Part shown: positions 20,897-31,556 of the stretch, piece by piece
Layout: each line of letters starts with the position of its first letter
Position numbering within the stretch: the first letter of the stretch is position 1
Sequence record: DRR378314_1390
Reading direction: 5' to 3' (one strand)
Length of the DNA stretch: 38,161 bases
Made by a program: the position numbers and the translations under genes
The notes under the pieces: model-generated
What the model saw: the letters and a program-made list of their open reading frames with translations, nothing else
Databases searched by the model: none
Told to the model about the DNA's origin: nothing

Positions 20897-22666
20897 ATCA
20901 ACACCCGTCATAGGAAGGCTCTGAAGCTGGTTATCGATTTCATCAGCCCCTACAAAAGGGCCGTTGCCGGTGCCCTCGTGGCTCTTGCCATTACAGCCGG
21001 CATTACACTTGCGCTTGGTCAGGGCCTACGAATTCTGGTGGACCAGGGCCTGGCCACGCAGTCTCCCGCCATGTTGTCTAAAGCTGTGGGACTTTTCTTT
21101 GTACTGGTGATCGGCCTGGCCATTGGCTCCTTTGCCCGTTTTTACCTGGTGTCCTGGATTGGCGAAAGGGTGGTGGCTGATATTCGCAAGCAGGTGTTCA
21201 ATCACCTGATCGATCTTCACCCTGGCTTCTACGAGAAGAACCGGAGTCTTGAGATCCAGTCGCGGTTTACCGCTGATACGACGGTGCTGCAATCCGTTAT
21301 CGGCTCAACGGTATCGATCGCGCTGCGCAACGCGTTGATGCTGGTGGGCGGGCTTATATTACTGTTCGTGACCAACGCCAAGCTCGCCGGCATCATCATC
21401 CTCGGCTTTCCGCTGGTGATCGTTCCCATCCTGATCTATGGGCGCCGCGTGCGGCAGCTATCCAGGCTAAGCCAGGACCGGGTTGCGGAAGTGGGCAGTT
21501 ACGTGGGAGAGAACCTTACCCAGATCAAGACGGTGCAGGCCTTCAATCACCAGCCCCATGACCGCCGGTTCTTCTCTCAGGTGGCGGAGAATGCCTTCGA
21601 TATTGCCCGGGTTAGGATTCGTCAGCGGGCCTGGCTGACCACCATTGCCATCACCCTGGTGATGGGCGCCATCGGGGTTGTGATCTGGATTGGCGGGCTG
21701 GATGTGATTTCCGGCCGTACCAGTCCCGGGGAGCTGGCGGCGTTTGTGTTCTACAGCCTGCTGGTAGGTCTGGCCGCAGGGGCCATCAGTGAGGTGATAG
21801 GCGAGTTGCAGCGGGCAGCCGGTGCGGCGGCGCGGATCTTCGAGCTGCTGCAGACGCCCAGTGAGATCCGTATGGAGACCACCGCAAGCCAGACGTTGCC
21901 TGAAACGATACGTGGCGATATTGAAATCAATAACCTGACCTTTTGCTACCCGGCCCGGCGCGATATCGAGGTACTGAAGGACCTGTCTCTGAGTATCCGG
22001 GCCGGAGAAACCGTGGCACTGGTTGGCCCATCGGGCGCGGGCAAGTCGACCCTGTTTGATTTACTTCTCAGGTTCTACGATCCGGACACGGGGCAGATCC
22101 GCATCGACAATGTCGACAGTCGCCAGGTGGCCCTTGAAGACCTGCGCCGGTGCTTTGCCCTGGTGCCCCAGAATCCTGCGCTGTTCCACGGCACCATTGC
22201 CGATAACATTCGCTATGCCCGACCGGAGGCCAGTGACGACGACATGGTTGAGGCGGCCAGGATTGCCCATGCCGATGAGTTTATCCGCAGACTGCCACAA
22301 GGGTATGAAACGCCCCTCGGCGACACCGGCCTGGGGCTCTCCGGCGGCCAGAAGCAGCGGTTGGCCATCGCCCGGGCACTGCTCGCGGATGCGCCTATAC
22401 TGTTACTGGATGAGGCAACCAGTGCCCTGGACGCGGAAAGCGAACACCTGATCCAGCAGGCGATGCCAGGGCTGATGTCGGACCGCACAACATTGGTGAT
22501 CGCACATCGGCTCGCCACCGTCAGGCACGCCGATCGTATCATTGTGATGGACGCCGGGATTATTCAGGATATCGGTAAACACGAGGAACTTGTTGAGCGC
22601 AATCCGCTGTACCGGAGGCTGTCTGAACTCCAGTTCCGGGAGGACATTGGCGGCCGCAGTACGTAG
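20897..22666 (+). CDS. MsbA-like fused ABC exporter (start probably ATC 20897, first canonical start GTG 20978)
   Basis: ABC TMD followed by GPSGAGKST, LSGGQKQR and LDEATSALD. SD GGAGG at 20886-20890. Confidence 0.88.
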   Translation: MNTRHRKALKLVIDFISPYKRAVAGALVALAITAGITLALGQGLRILVDQGLATQSPAMLSKAVGLFFVLVIGLAIGSFARFYLVSWIGERVVADIRKQVFNHLIDLHPGFYEKNRSLEIQSRFTADTTVLQSVIGSTVSIALRNALMLVGGLILLFVTNAKLAGIIILGFPLVIVPILIYGRRVRQLSRLSQDRVAEVGSYVGENLTQIKTVQAFNHQPHDRRFFSQVAENAFDIARVRIRQRAWLTTIAITLVMGAIGVVIWIGGLDVISGRTSPGELAAFVFYSLLVGLAAGAISEVIGELQRAAGAAARIFELLQTPSEIRMETTASQTLPETIRGDIEINNLTFCYPARRDIEVLKDLSLSIRAGETVALVGPSGAGKSTLFDLLLRFYDPDTGQIRIDNVDSRQVALEDLRRCFALVPQNPALFHGTIADNIRYARPEASDDDMVEAARIAHADEFIRRLPQGYETPLGDTGLGLSGGQKQRLAIARALLADAPILLLDEATSALDAESEHLIQQAMPGLMSDRTTLVIAHRLATVRHADRIIVMDAGIIQDIGKHEELVERNPLYRRLSELQFREDIGGRST

Positions 22667-22747
22667 AAACAACAGGGCCGGGTTTTCAAACCGGGCCGCC
22701 ATTTCGTGTATGCTGATAGGACCAAACCGAATTCGAGGAGAGGCAAA

Positions 22748-24022
22748 GTGACGAACAAAGAATTGCAGGCACTCAAAGAACGTTATGTCGCGGCCGGTGC
22801 TGCCAGCCCCAACGAGCAGTTTGCCGACCACGCGACCAATGCCGAACTCTGGGATGCTGATGGCAAGCGCATGATCGACTTCGCCGGCGGCATCGGTGTA
22901 CTGAATATCGGCCATCGTCACCCCAAAGTGGTTGAAGCGGTGAAGGGCCAGCTGGACAAGCTGATGCACACCTGCCAGACGGTCATGCCCTATGAGGGCT
23001 ACGTGAAGCTGGCTCAGAAGCTCAGCGAAGTGGTCCCCGTGAAAGGCCACGCCAAGGTAATGCTGGCCAACTCCGGCGCTGAAGCCCTGGAAAACGCCAT
23101 GAAGATCGCCCGGGCGGCAACCGGCAAGACCAATGTGATCTGTTTCGACGGCGGTTATCACGGCCGTACCTTCTACACCATGGCCATGAACGGCAAGGCC
23201 GCGCCTTACCAGACCGATTTCGGCCCAATGCCGGGCACCGTCTTCCGTGCACCTTATCCGGTGCCGTACCACGGTGTCAGCGAGGACGAAGCACTCCGTG
23301 GCCTCAAGATGGCCATGAAAGCCGATTCCCCCGCCAAGGACACCGCTGCCATCGTGATCGAGCCGGTATTGGGTGAGGGCGGTTTCTACGCTGCACCAGC
23401 CAGCTTCCTCAAAGAGATTCGCAAGATCTGTGATGAGAACGGCATCCTGATGATCGCGGACGAGGTTCAGAGCGGCTTTGGCCGGACGGGCAAAATGTTC
23501 GCCATCGAGCACAGCGGCGTCGAACCCGACATGATGACCATGGCCAAGAGTATGGCCGATGGTATGCCAATTTCCGCCATTGTCGGCACGGACAAGATTA
23601 TGGACGCTTCTGGCCCGAACTCCCTGGGCGGCACCTACACCGGCAGCCCGACCGCCTGTGCGGCAGCCCTGGCGGTGTTCGATGTGTTCAAGGAAGAGGA
23701 TATCCTCGGCAAGAGCCAGCGCCTGGGAGACAAGTTGCGTCAGCGCTTTGACCAGTGGCAGGAGCAGTTCCCCCACGTCGACAACGTGCGCAACCTCGGC
23801 CCCATGGCGGCCATTGAGCTGGTCACCGACAAGACCAGCAAGGAGCCGCGGGCAGACCTGGCCGCAGCCGTTACCAAGAAGGCCAAGGAAAACGGCTTGA
23901 TCCTGCTTAGCTGTGGCATGTACGGCAATACCCTGCGCTTCCTGATGCCGGTCACCATTGAGGACAATATCCTTGAGGAAGGCTTGGCGATCGTTGAGCA
24001 GGCGTTGAAAGAAGTAGGCTGA
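22748..24022 (+). CDS. gabT: 4-aminobutyrate--2-oxoglutarate transaminase (class III PLP aminotransferase, GabT/DavT type)
   Basis: IDFAGGIGVLNIGH, NSGAEALENAMKIAR, EPVLGEGGF, ADEVQSGFGRTG and AKS motifs. GTG start after a GAGGAG SD. Confidence 0.88.
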   Translation: MTNKELQALKERYVAAGAASPNEQFADHATNAELWDADGKRMIDFAGGIGVLNIGHRHPKVVEAVKGQLDKLMHTCQTVMPYEGYVKLAQKLSEVVPVKGHAKVMLANSGAEALENAMKIARAATGKTNVICFDGGYHGRTFYTMAMNGKAAPYQTDFGPMPGTVFRAPYPVPYHGVSEDEALRGLKMAMKADSPAKDTAAIVIEPVLGEGGFYAAPASFLKEIRKICDENGILMIADEVQSGFGRTGKMFAIEHSGVEPDMMTMAKSMADGMPISAIVGTDKIMDASGPNSLGGTYTGSPTACAAALAVFDVFKEEDILGKSQRLGDKLRQRFDQWQEQFPHVDNVRNLGPMAAIELVTDKTSKEPRADLAAAVTKKAKENGLILLSCGMYGNTLRFLMPVTIEDNILEEGLAIVEQALKEVG

Positions 24023-24028
24023 ATACCA

Positions 24029-24061
24029 GCCGGCAGGCGTCTGTAAACAGGCCCTGCCGGC
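24029..24061. terminator. Hairpin between convergent gabT and parA-like genes
   Basis: GCCGGCAGG...CCTGCCGGC stem without a U-tract. Confidence 0.45.
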
Positions 24062-24068
24062 CACCCCG

Positions 24069-24809
24069 CTATATCCGTTTCTGAATTTCCTTCCACAACC
24101 GCCGATAGGCATCGGCTGCAGGCGAAGTACGGTCCATCAACTCCACCGGCTGCCCACTTTCACCCATTCGTTCCACCACGCTGGCGTTGGGAATCAAGGC
24201 ATTCATTCCATCCTCAAGATGCTTTTTTCGGTGAATGACCATTTGCCGGTGAAGGCTTTTGCGTCGGTCCACCATAGAAAAGAACGGATGCAGACGACCG
24301 CTCTTGAGCTTCTTGTCCTTCGCGAAGGTCTGAAGCTGATTCCAGCTATTCAGTGCAAGCCAGGTGGGAACGACCGGTACGAATACGCCGTCAGCGGTTT
24401 TGAGCACCTGCTCAGAGAGCCGCGACATGGAAGGGGGGCAGTCCAGCACCACCAGGCTGGTTTCTTCCGACAATGGCGCCAGCCAGTTCTTGAGGGTATT
24501 GTCCCTGTCGTCCTTATCCAGCCGCACATCGAGATTGCGGAAGCTGTTATGGGCAGGAATAAAGTCCAGGTCAGAGTAGGCGCTGGCTCGAATGAACTTG
24601 CCTATCGGCGTTTTTCCATCCATCAGGTTGGCCAGTTTGCGGCCTTTTATGTCGTCCGTTCCGGCCAGATACCAACTCGCGGCTCCCTGCGGATCCAGAT
24701 CCCACAACAGGGTGCGGATACCCGCCTGGCTGGCGAGGTACGCAATGTTTACAGCGGCGGCAGTTTTACCCACACCACCTTTAAGGCTGTAAAACGCAAT
24801 GATTTTCAT
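24069..24809 (-). CDS. Orphan ParA/Soj-family ATPase
   Basis: Deviant Walker A KGGVGKT, DLDPQG and LDCPP motifs, with a GGAGG SD. No adjacent parB. Confidence 0.9.
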   Translation of the reverse strand: MKIIAFYSLKGGVGKTAAAVNIAYLASQAGIRTLLWDLDPQGAASWYLAGTDDIKGRKLANLMDGKTPIGKFIRASAYSDLDFIPAHNSFRNLDVRLDKDDRDNTLKNWLAPLSEETSLVVLDCPPSMSRLSEQVLKTADGVFVPVVPTWLALNSWNQLQTFAKDKKLKSGRLHPFFSMVDRRKSLHRQMVIHRKKHLEDGMNALIPNASVVERMGESGQPVELMDRTSPAADAYRRLWKEIQKRI

Positions 24810-24845
24810 GCTTCCTCCTAAAGCCCCGCTGACATACCGGCTGCA

Positions 24846-24890
24846 AGCTTAACCGATCCCATTGGCAGACGTGTTTCAGTTTAATGACAC
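24846..24890 (-). promoter_or_regulatory. Putative Pho-box promoter of the ParA-family gene
   Basis: Minus strand reads GTGTCAT-TAAA-CTGAAAC-ACGT-CTGCCAA (11-bp period), then 10 nt, then TAAGCT. Confidence 0.55.
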
Positions 24891-24917
24891 GTATTTTAAA
24901 ACGACATAAATGACAGA

Positions 24918-24940
24918 ACTCCTCCCCCAGACTACTCCCC
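24918..24940 (-). promoter_or_regulatory. Two MalT-box-like direct repeats upstream of the amylase
   Basis: ACTCCTCCCC and ACTACTCCCC are separated by 3 bp. Their reverse complements GGGGAGGAGT and GGGGAGTAGT resemble the consensus GGGGAKGAGG. Confidence 0.45.
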
Positions 24941-25074
24941 GTAATCGGGATAGAAGGATGTTTTGACTAACGATTGAACACTTCATGTTGATCGTGGACA
25001 TCCGTAAATGCCGGCGATAAGTCGGTGTTGGCCGTCGGATGGTCTCCACAACAAATACAATACAGGAGCACACA

Positions 25075-26790
25075 ATGATCTCTATCCATCGCCTGGTAAC
25101 CGGTGTTAGCCTCGGCCTGGCACTCGCGTTACCCCTCAATACCGCCCAAGCCGGTACCTTCGTCCACCTGTTCGAATGGAAGTGGAGCGACGTCGCCACC
25201 GAATGCGAACAGTTCCTGGGCCCCAAGGGTTACAGTGCGGTCCAGGTGTCACCACCCCAGGAGCACATCCAGGGAAGCGCCTGGTGGACCCGCTATCAGC
25301 CCGTCAGCTACCAGCTCCAGAGCCGTAGTGGCAACGCCAGCCAGTTTGCGGATATGGTTTCCCGCTGCAACGCGGCCGGTGTGGATGTCTATGTTGATGC
25401 GGTGATCAATCATACCGCCAATGGCACGGGAACTGGCACCGCCGGATCCTATTACAGCAGTGATTCGCTGACTTATCCCATATACAGCGGCAACGATTTC
25501 CACGCTGAATGCAGTATCAACGGCTCAGATTACAGCTCGGATGCCTGGCGTGTCCGCAATTGCCGCCTCGTTGGGTTACCGGATCTGGATTCCGGAAGCA
25601 GCTACGTGCGCAATACCCTCGCAGGCTACCTCAATCAACTCACCTCGCTTGGCGTGAAGGGTATCCGCGTGGATGCCGCCAAACACATGTCTCCCGGTGA
25701 TATCAGCGCCATCATCAATCAAGCCAGCGACCCGCTTTACGTCTTCCAGGAGGTGATCGACCTTGGTGGGGAAGCGGTCAGTGCCACGGAATACACCGGT
25801 ACGTCCGACGTCACCGAGTTTCGCTACAGCGCCTCCATTGGCAATGTGTTCAAGCACCAGCAACTGGCCAACCTCAACGCCTTCGGTGAAAGCTGGGGGT
25901 TCCTGGCCGGGAGCAATGCCGTGGTGTTCACCGACAATCATGACAACCAACGCGGCCATGGCGCTGGTGGCGGCAACGTGCTGACCTACAAGGATGGTGA
26001 TCTCTACAACCTGGCCAACGTCTTCATGCTGGGCTGGCCCTATGGCTACCCGAAGGTGATGTCGAGTTACGCATTTTCAAATGGCGACCAGGGGCCACCA
26101 GCCCAGGCGGTCTATCAGAACGGGTCAGCCCAGTGCGGCTCGGCCTGGGTGTGCGAACATCGCTGGGACTCCATTGCCAACATGGTCGCCTTCCGGGCGG
26201 AAACCGACGGCCAGGGCGTGACCAACTGGTGGGACAATGGCAACAACCAGATCGCGTTCAGCCGGGGCAACAAGGGGTTCGTGGCCATTAACCGTCAAGG
26301 AGGCGCTCTGTCGCGGACCTTTAGCACCGGGCTCGCGGATGGTGACTATCTCAATGTCGCTGGCAACGGCGCCTGTGTCACGGTCCAGAATGGTCAGGTG
26401 GCGCTCACGGTGCCGGCGATGGAAGCGGCCGCACTGCACACCGGTGCGCCCTGCGATGGCAGCGATCCCACGCCACCGACGGCCGGTACAGCTTCGGTGA
26501 CCTTCCAATGCCAGAACGGCACCACCTCATTGGGTCAAAGCGTGTACGTTACAGGCAACAACGGCGCCTTGGGGAACTGGTCGCCTGCCGATGCGATCAA
26601 ACTGAACCCAAGCGCTTACCCAACCTGGAGCCGATCCATTGATGTGCCGGCGGCGACCAGCATCGAGTGGAAATGCCTCAAGCGCAGCGAAACCGACCCC
26701 GGCGCGCAGCAGGAATGGCAGTCCGGCACAAATAATCAGGTCCAGACCGGAGGGGAGGGCTCCAGCACTTCTACTTCAGGTAGCTTCTGA
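25075..26790 (+). CDS. Secreted alpha-amylase (GH13) with C-terminal CBM20 starch-binding domain
   Basis: Signal peptide ending AQA, FVHLFEW and WWTRYQPVSY. Catalytic motifs GIRVDAAKH, FQEVID and DNHD. CBM20 motif GQSVYVTGN..ALGNW. AGGAG SD. Confidence 0.93.
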   Translation: MISIHRLVTGVSLGLALALPLNTAQAGTFVHLFEWKWSDVATECEQFLGPKGYSAVQVSPPQEHIQGSAWWTRYQPVSYQLQSRSGNASQFADMVSRCNAAGVDVYVDAVINHTANGTGTGTAGSYYSSDSLTYPIYSGNDFHAECSINGSDYSSDAWRVRNCRLVGLPDLDSGSSYVRNTLAGYLNQLTSLGVKGIRVDAAKHMSPGDISAIINQASDPLYVFQEVIDLGGEAVSATEYTGTSDVTEFRYSASIGNVFKHQQLANLNAFGESWGFLAGSNAVVFTDNHDNQRGHGAGGGNVLTYKDGDLYNLANVFMLGWPYGYPKVMSSYAFSNGDQGPPAQAVYQNGSAQCGSAWVCEHRWDSIANMVAFRAETDGQGVTNWWDNGNNQIAFSRGNKGFVAINRQGGALSRTFSTGLADGDYLNVAGNGACVTVQNGQVALTVPAMEAAALHTGAPCDGSDPTPPTAGTASVTFQCQNGTTSLGQSVYVTGNNGALGNWSPADAIKLNPSAYPTWSRSIDVPAATSIEWKCLKRSETDPGAQQEWQSGTNNQVQTGGEGSSTSTSGSF

Positions 26791-26804
26791 AGCAGACTCG
26801 CCAT

Positions 26805-26836
26805 TGGAACCGGCCTGCTTTCTCAGGCTGGTTCCA
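26805..26836 (+). terminator. Stem-loop downstream of the amylase
   Basis: TGGAACCGGCCTG-CTTTCT-CAGGCTGGTTCCA, a 13-bp stem with one G-U pair and no U-tract. Confidence 0.5.
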
Positions 26837-26944
26837 GCCACCTATGGTTACTCACACTCACGGTTTCATCGTATACTGCCTGACGACTTTTTCGGTATGC
26901 TGGAATTCGATCCGCATCACTTCCCCGAACGATCAGGCTGATTT

Positions 26945-27709
26945 ATGACCGACCCGGAAACCCAATCTCCCCCGACGCACAAGCCCAGGCCCTGGGTCGA
27001 TTTACTCGTCAGCATCGTCATTCCTTCTGTCATTCTTATGAAGCTCAGCGGGGATGAATACCTTGGCAGTGTGATGGCACTGGTCATTGGGCTCGCTTTC
27101 CCACTGGGGTGGGGGCTTTTCGAGCTTGTCCGCTATCGCAAGTACAACTTTATCGCAGTACTCGGCATCATCAGCGTGGGGCTGACGGGTGGTATCGGGC
27201 TTATGGAATTGGACGCTGGATGGCTGGCCATCAAAGAAGCCGCTGTGCCCGCTGTTATTGGTGTCGCTGTGCTGATCTCAACACGCACCAAATACCCATT
27301 GGTGAGAACGCTTCTGTACAATCCATCCGTACTGAACGTGGACAAGATCCAGGCGGTACTGAAAGACGAAGGACACGAGGAAGAATTTGAGGCCCGTCTG
27401 CTAAAGGCCAGCTATTTCTTCAGCCTGACCTTCCTGTTCTCCTCGATCATGAATTTCGTATTGGCCAAGTGGATTGTGACCAGTCCCTCAGGTACCCAAG
27501 CGTTCAACGAAGAATTGGGCCGGATGACACTGGTGAGCTATCCCATGATCGCCATCCCTTCAATGATTATGATGATCGCCATTTTCTATTATCTTTGGCG
27601 CTCCATCCGCCGGCTGACCGGCTACACCCTGGAAGATGTGATGGCGCCCCATCTCGCGGCGCAACAGGATGGTAAATCCTCGGACACCTCCACAGGCAAG
27701 GGTGGTTGA
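26945..27709 (+). CDS. VC0807-like multi-pass membrane protein
   Basis: About 6 hydrophobic segments with SIVIPSVILMKLS, LTGGIGL..LD..WLAIKEA and FNEELGRMT..SYP patterns. Confidence 0.75.
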   Translation: MTDPETQSPPTHKPRPWVDLLVSIVIPSVILMKLSGDEYLGSVMALVIGLAFPLGWGLFELVRYRKYNFIAVLGIISVGLTGGIGLMELDAGWLAIKEAAVPAVIGVAVLISTRTKYPLVRTLLYNPSVLNVDKIQAVLKDEGHEEEFEARLLKASYFFSLTFLFSSIMNFVLAKWIVTSPSGTQAFNEELGRMTLVSYPMIAIPSMIMMIAIFYYLWRSIRRLTGYTLEDVMAPHLAAQQDGKSSDTSTGKGG

Positions 27710-27754
27710 TTCGAGCATTGCGCCCACCTAGCCATTAACTCCATGAATTAAAAG

Positions 27755-27783
27755 AAAAAAGGCGACCAAATGGTCGCCTTTTT
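27755..27783. terminator. Bidirectional intrinsic terminator between the VC0807-like gene and gyrB
   Basis: AAAAAA-GGCGACCA-AA-TGGTCGCC-TTTTT. Confidence 0.88.
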
Positions 27784-27829
27784 CATTGCCAGAATCCACC
27801 AGGACAGGCTCTCATGGAGCTGCCCGTGA

Positions 27830-30295
<2,466 letters not shown>

Positions 30296-30316
30296 TTAGA
30301 GAGCGATGAAAGTGGA

Positions 30317-31453
30317 TCATCCGGGTTCCTGTTCTTCGGTCAATTTGCCATGTTCCACGTGGAACAATCTGTATTCCGGCATGGTGTGCCGCCATAATTC
30401 GTTAGGCTTGGGAGCCTCAATCGATGTCACAAACACCTGGCATCGTAATTCGTGGAGCTTTTGGGCAAGCATGGCCCGGTGGCCAACATCCAGTTCAGCA
30501 TTGATGTCGTCCAACAGAAACGTAACCTGCTTCCCCAGATCGCTTAACACCATGCCCTGCGCGATCTTCATCAAGATCACCAATGTCTTCTGTTGTCCCC
30601 GGGAAAACGTTTCCGCAACCGGTCTTCCCTGGTATCGAAGGCGGATGTCGGCACGATTGGGGCCGTACAACGTATGCCCCATCTTCTGTTCCTGCTCTCG
30701 ATGAGAACGAAGCACATCCATCAACGACTGACTGGAATCCCAGCCCACGTAATAGTCCAGTTTGAGCCCATCAACCCAAGGCGCGTCAATCTCACCGAGC
30801 AGACTGTAAAAGGCCTTGGTAAACAGCTGAAAGGTATCGTTCCGAGCTTGTGTCAGGCGCTCTGCCAACTCCGTGTACTGTGAATCCCAGACCTTCATCA
30901 GAGCGTCATCTATTCTACCATTTCTAAGGATCTGATTCCGCTGTGACGTCACTCTTTGACACTGTTGCCAAACCGACGCGAACGAAGGTTCCACGTGGAA
31001 CACTGCCCAGTCGAGAAACTGTCGGCGTTTACCTGGCCCACCCGCAACAATATCAAACACACCAGGATCGATAACCGATACGGGAAGGTGTCGAGCGAGC
31101 GACGAAAGGTTTCTAACCGCTTCACCGTCGACCCGGAGGGTCGTTTCTTTAGCAGTCACATCTCTCGAGATACCCACCCGGTGACTGAGCTCACCCTCCG
31201 ATGATTGTTTCCCTTCGGACATTCCCTGATCCAGCCCGCCGAATACCGTCAATTTGTGTTGGCCATGGCTAACCACAGCCTGGTGACGACTCACTCGAAA
31301 AGAGCGACCAAGACCGAGATAACCAATGGCTTCCAGCACGCTGGTTTTTCCACTGCCGTTGGCGCCATACAACAGGTTTATGGAAGGTGAGAAACTGACC
31401 GGCGCAGGGGAGAGATTGCGGAAATGTTCCGATTGAAGTTTAACAAGCGCCAT
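30317..31453 (-). CDS. recF: DNA replication/repair protein RecF
   Basis: GANGSGKTSVLEAI, GPNRAD, SRGQQK and LLDDINAELD motifs. Confidence 0.96.
   Translation of the reverse strand: MALVKLQSEHFRNLSPAPVSFSPSINLLYGANGSGKTSVLEAIGYLGLGRSFRVSRHQAVVSHGQHKLTVFGGLDQGMSEGKQSSEGELSHRVGISRDVTAKETTLRVDGEAVRNLSSLARHLPVSVIDPGVFDIVAGGPGKRRQFLDWAVFHVEPSFASVWQQCQRVTSQRNQILRNGRIDDALMKVWDSQYTELAERLTQARNDTFQLFTKAFYSLLGEIDAPWVDGLKLDYYVGWDSSQSLMDVLRSHREQEQKMGHTLYGPNRADIRLRYQGRPVAETFSRGQQKTLVILMKIAQGMVLSDLGKQVTFLLDDINAELDVGHRAMLAQKLHELRCQVFVTSIEAPKPNELWRHTMPEYRLFHVEHGKLTEEQEPG
30351..30366. other. parS centromere site (perfect palindrome) inside recF
   Basis: TGTTCCACGTGGAACA matches the parS consensus TGTTNCACGTGNAACA. 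Confidence 0.9.
30987..31002. other. parS site (1 mismatch) inside recF
   Basis: GGTTCCACGTGGAACA. Confidence 0.85.
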
Positions 31454-31491
31454 AGGTCACGATCGGTTATCAACCTTCAGGAGACGGGGAC

Positions 31492-31525
31492 AAAAAAGGC
31501 AGCGTGCCTTATCGACAACGCTGCC
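31492..31525 (-). terminator. Intrinsic terminator between the ABC1 kinase gene and recF
   Basis: Minus strand reads GGCAGCGT-(12-nt loop)-ACGCTGCC-TTTTTT. Confidence 0.65.
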
Positions 31526-31556
31526 CCAGTGTACAAAACCTTACGGGTGAACGCGA

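Noticed and set aside
24069..24809. ParA as the chromosomal partner of the recF parS sites
   Set aside because: No parB is adjacent. The chromosomal parAB normally lies beyond yidC-mnmE-mnmG, outside this window.
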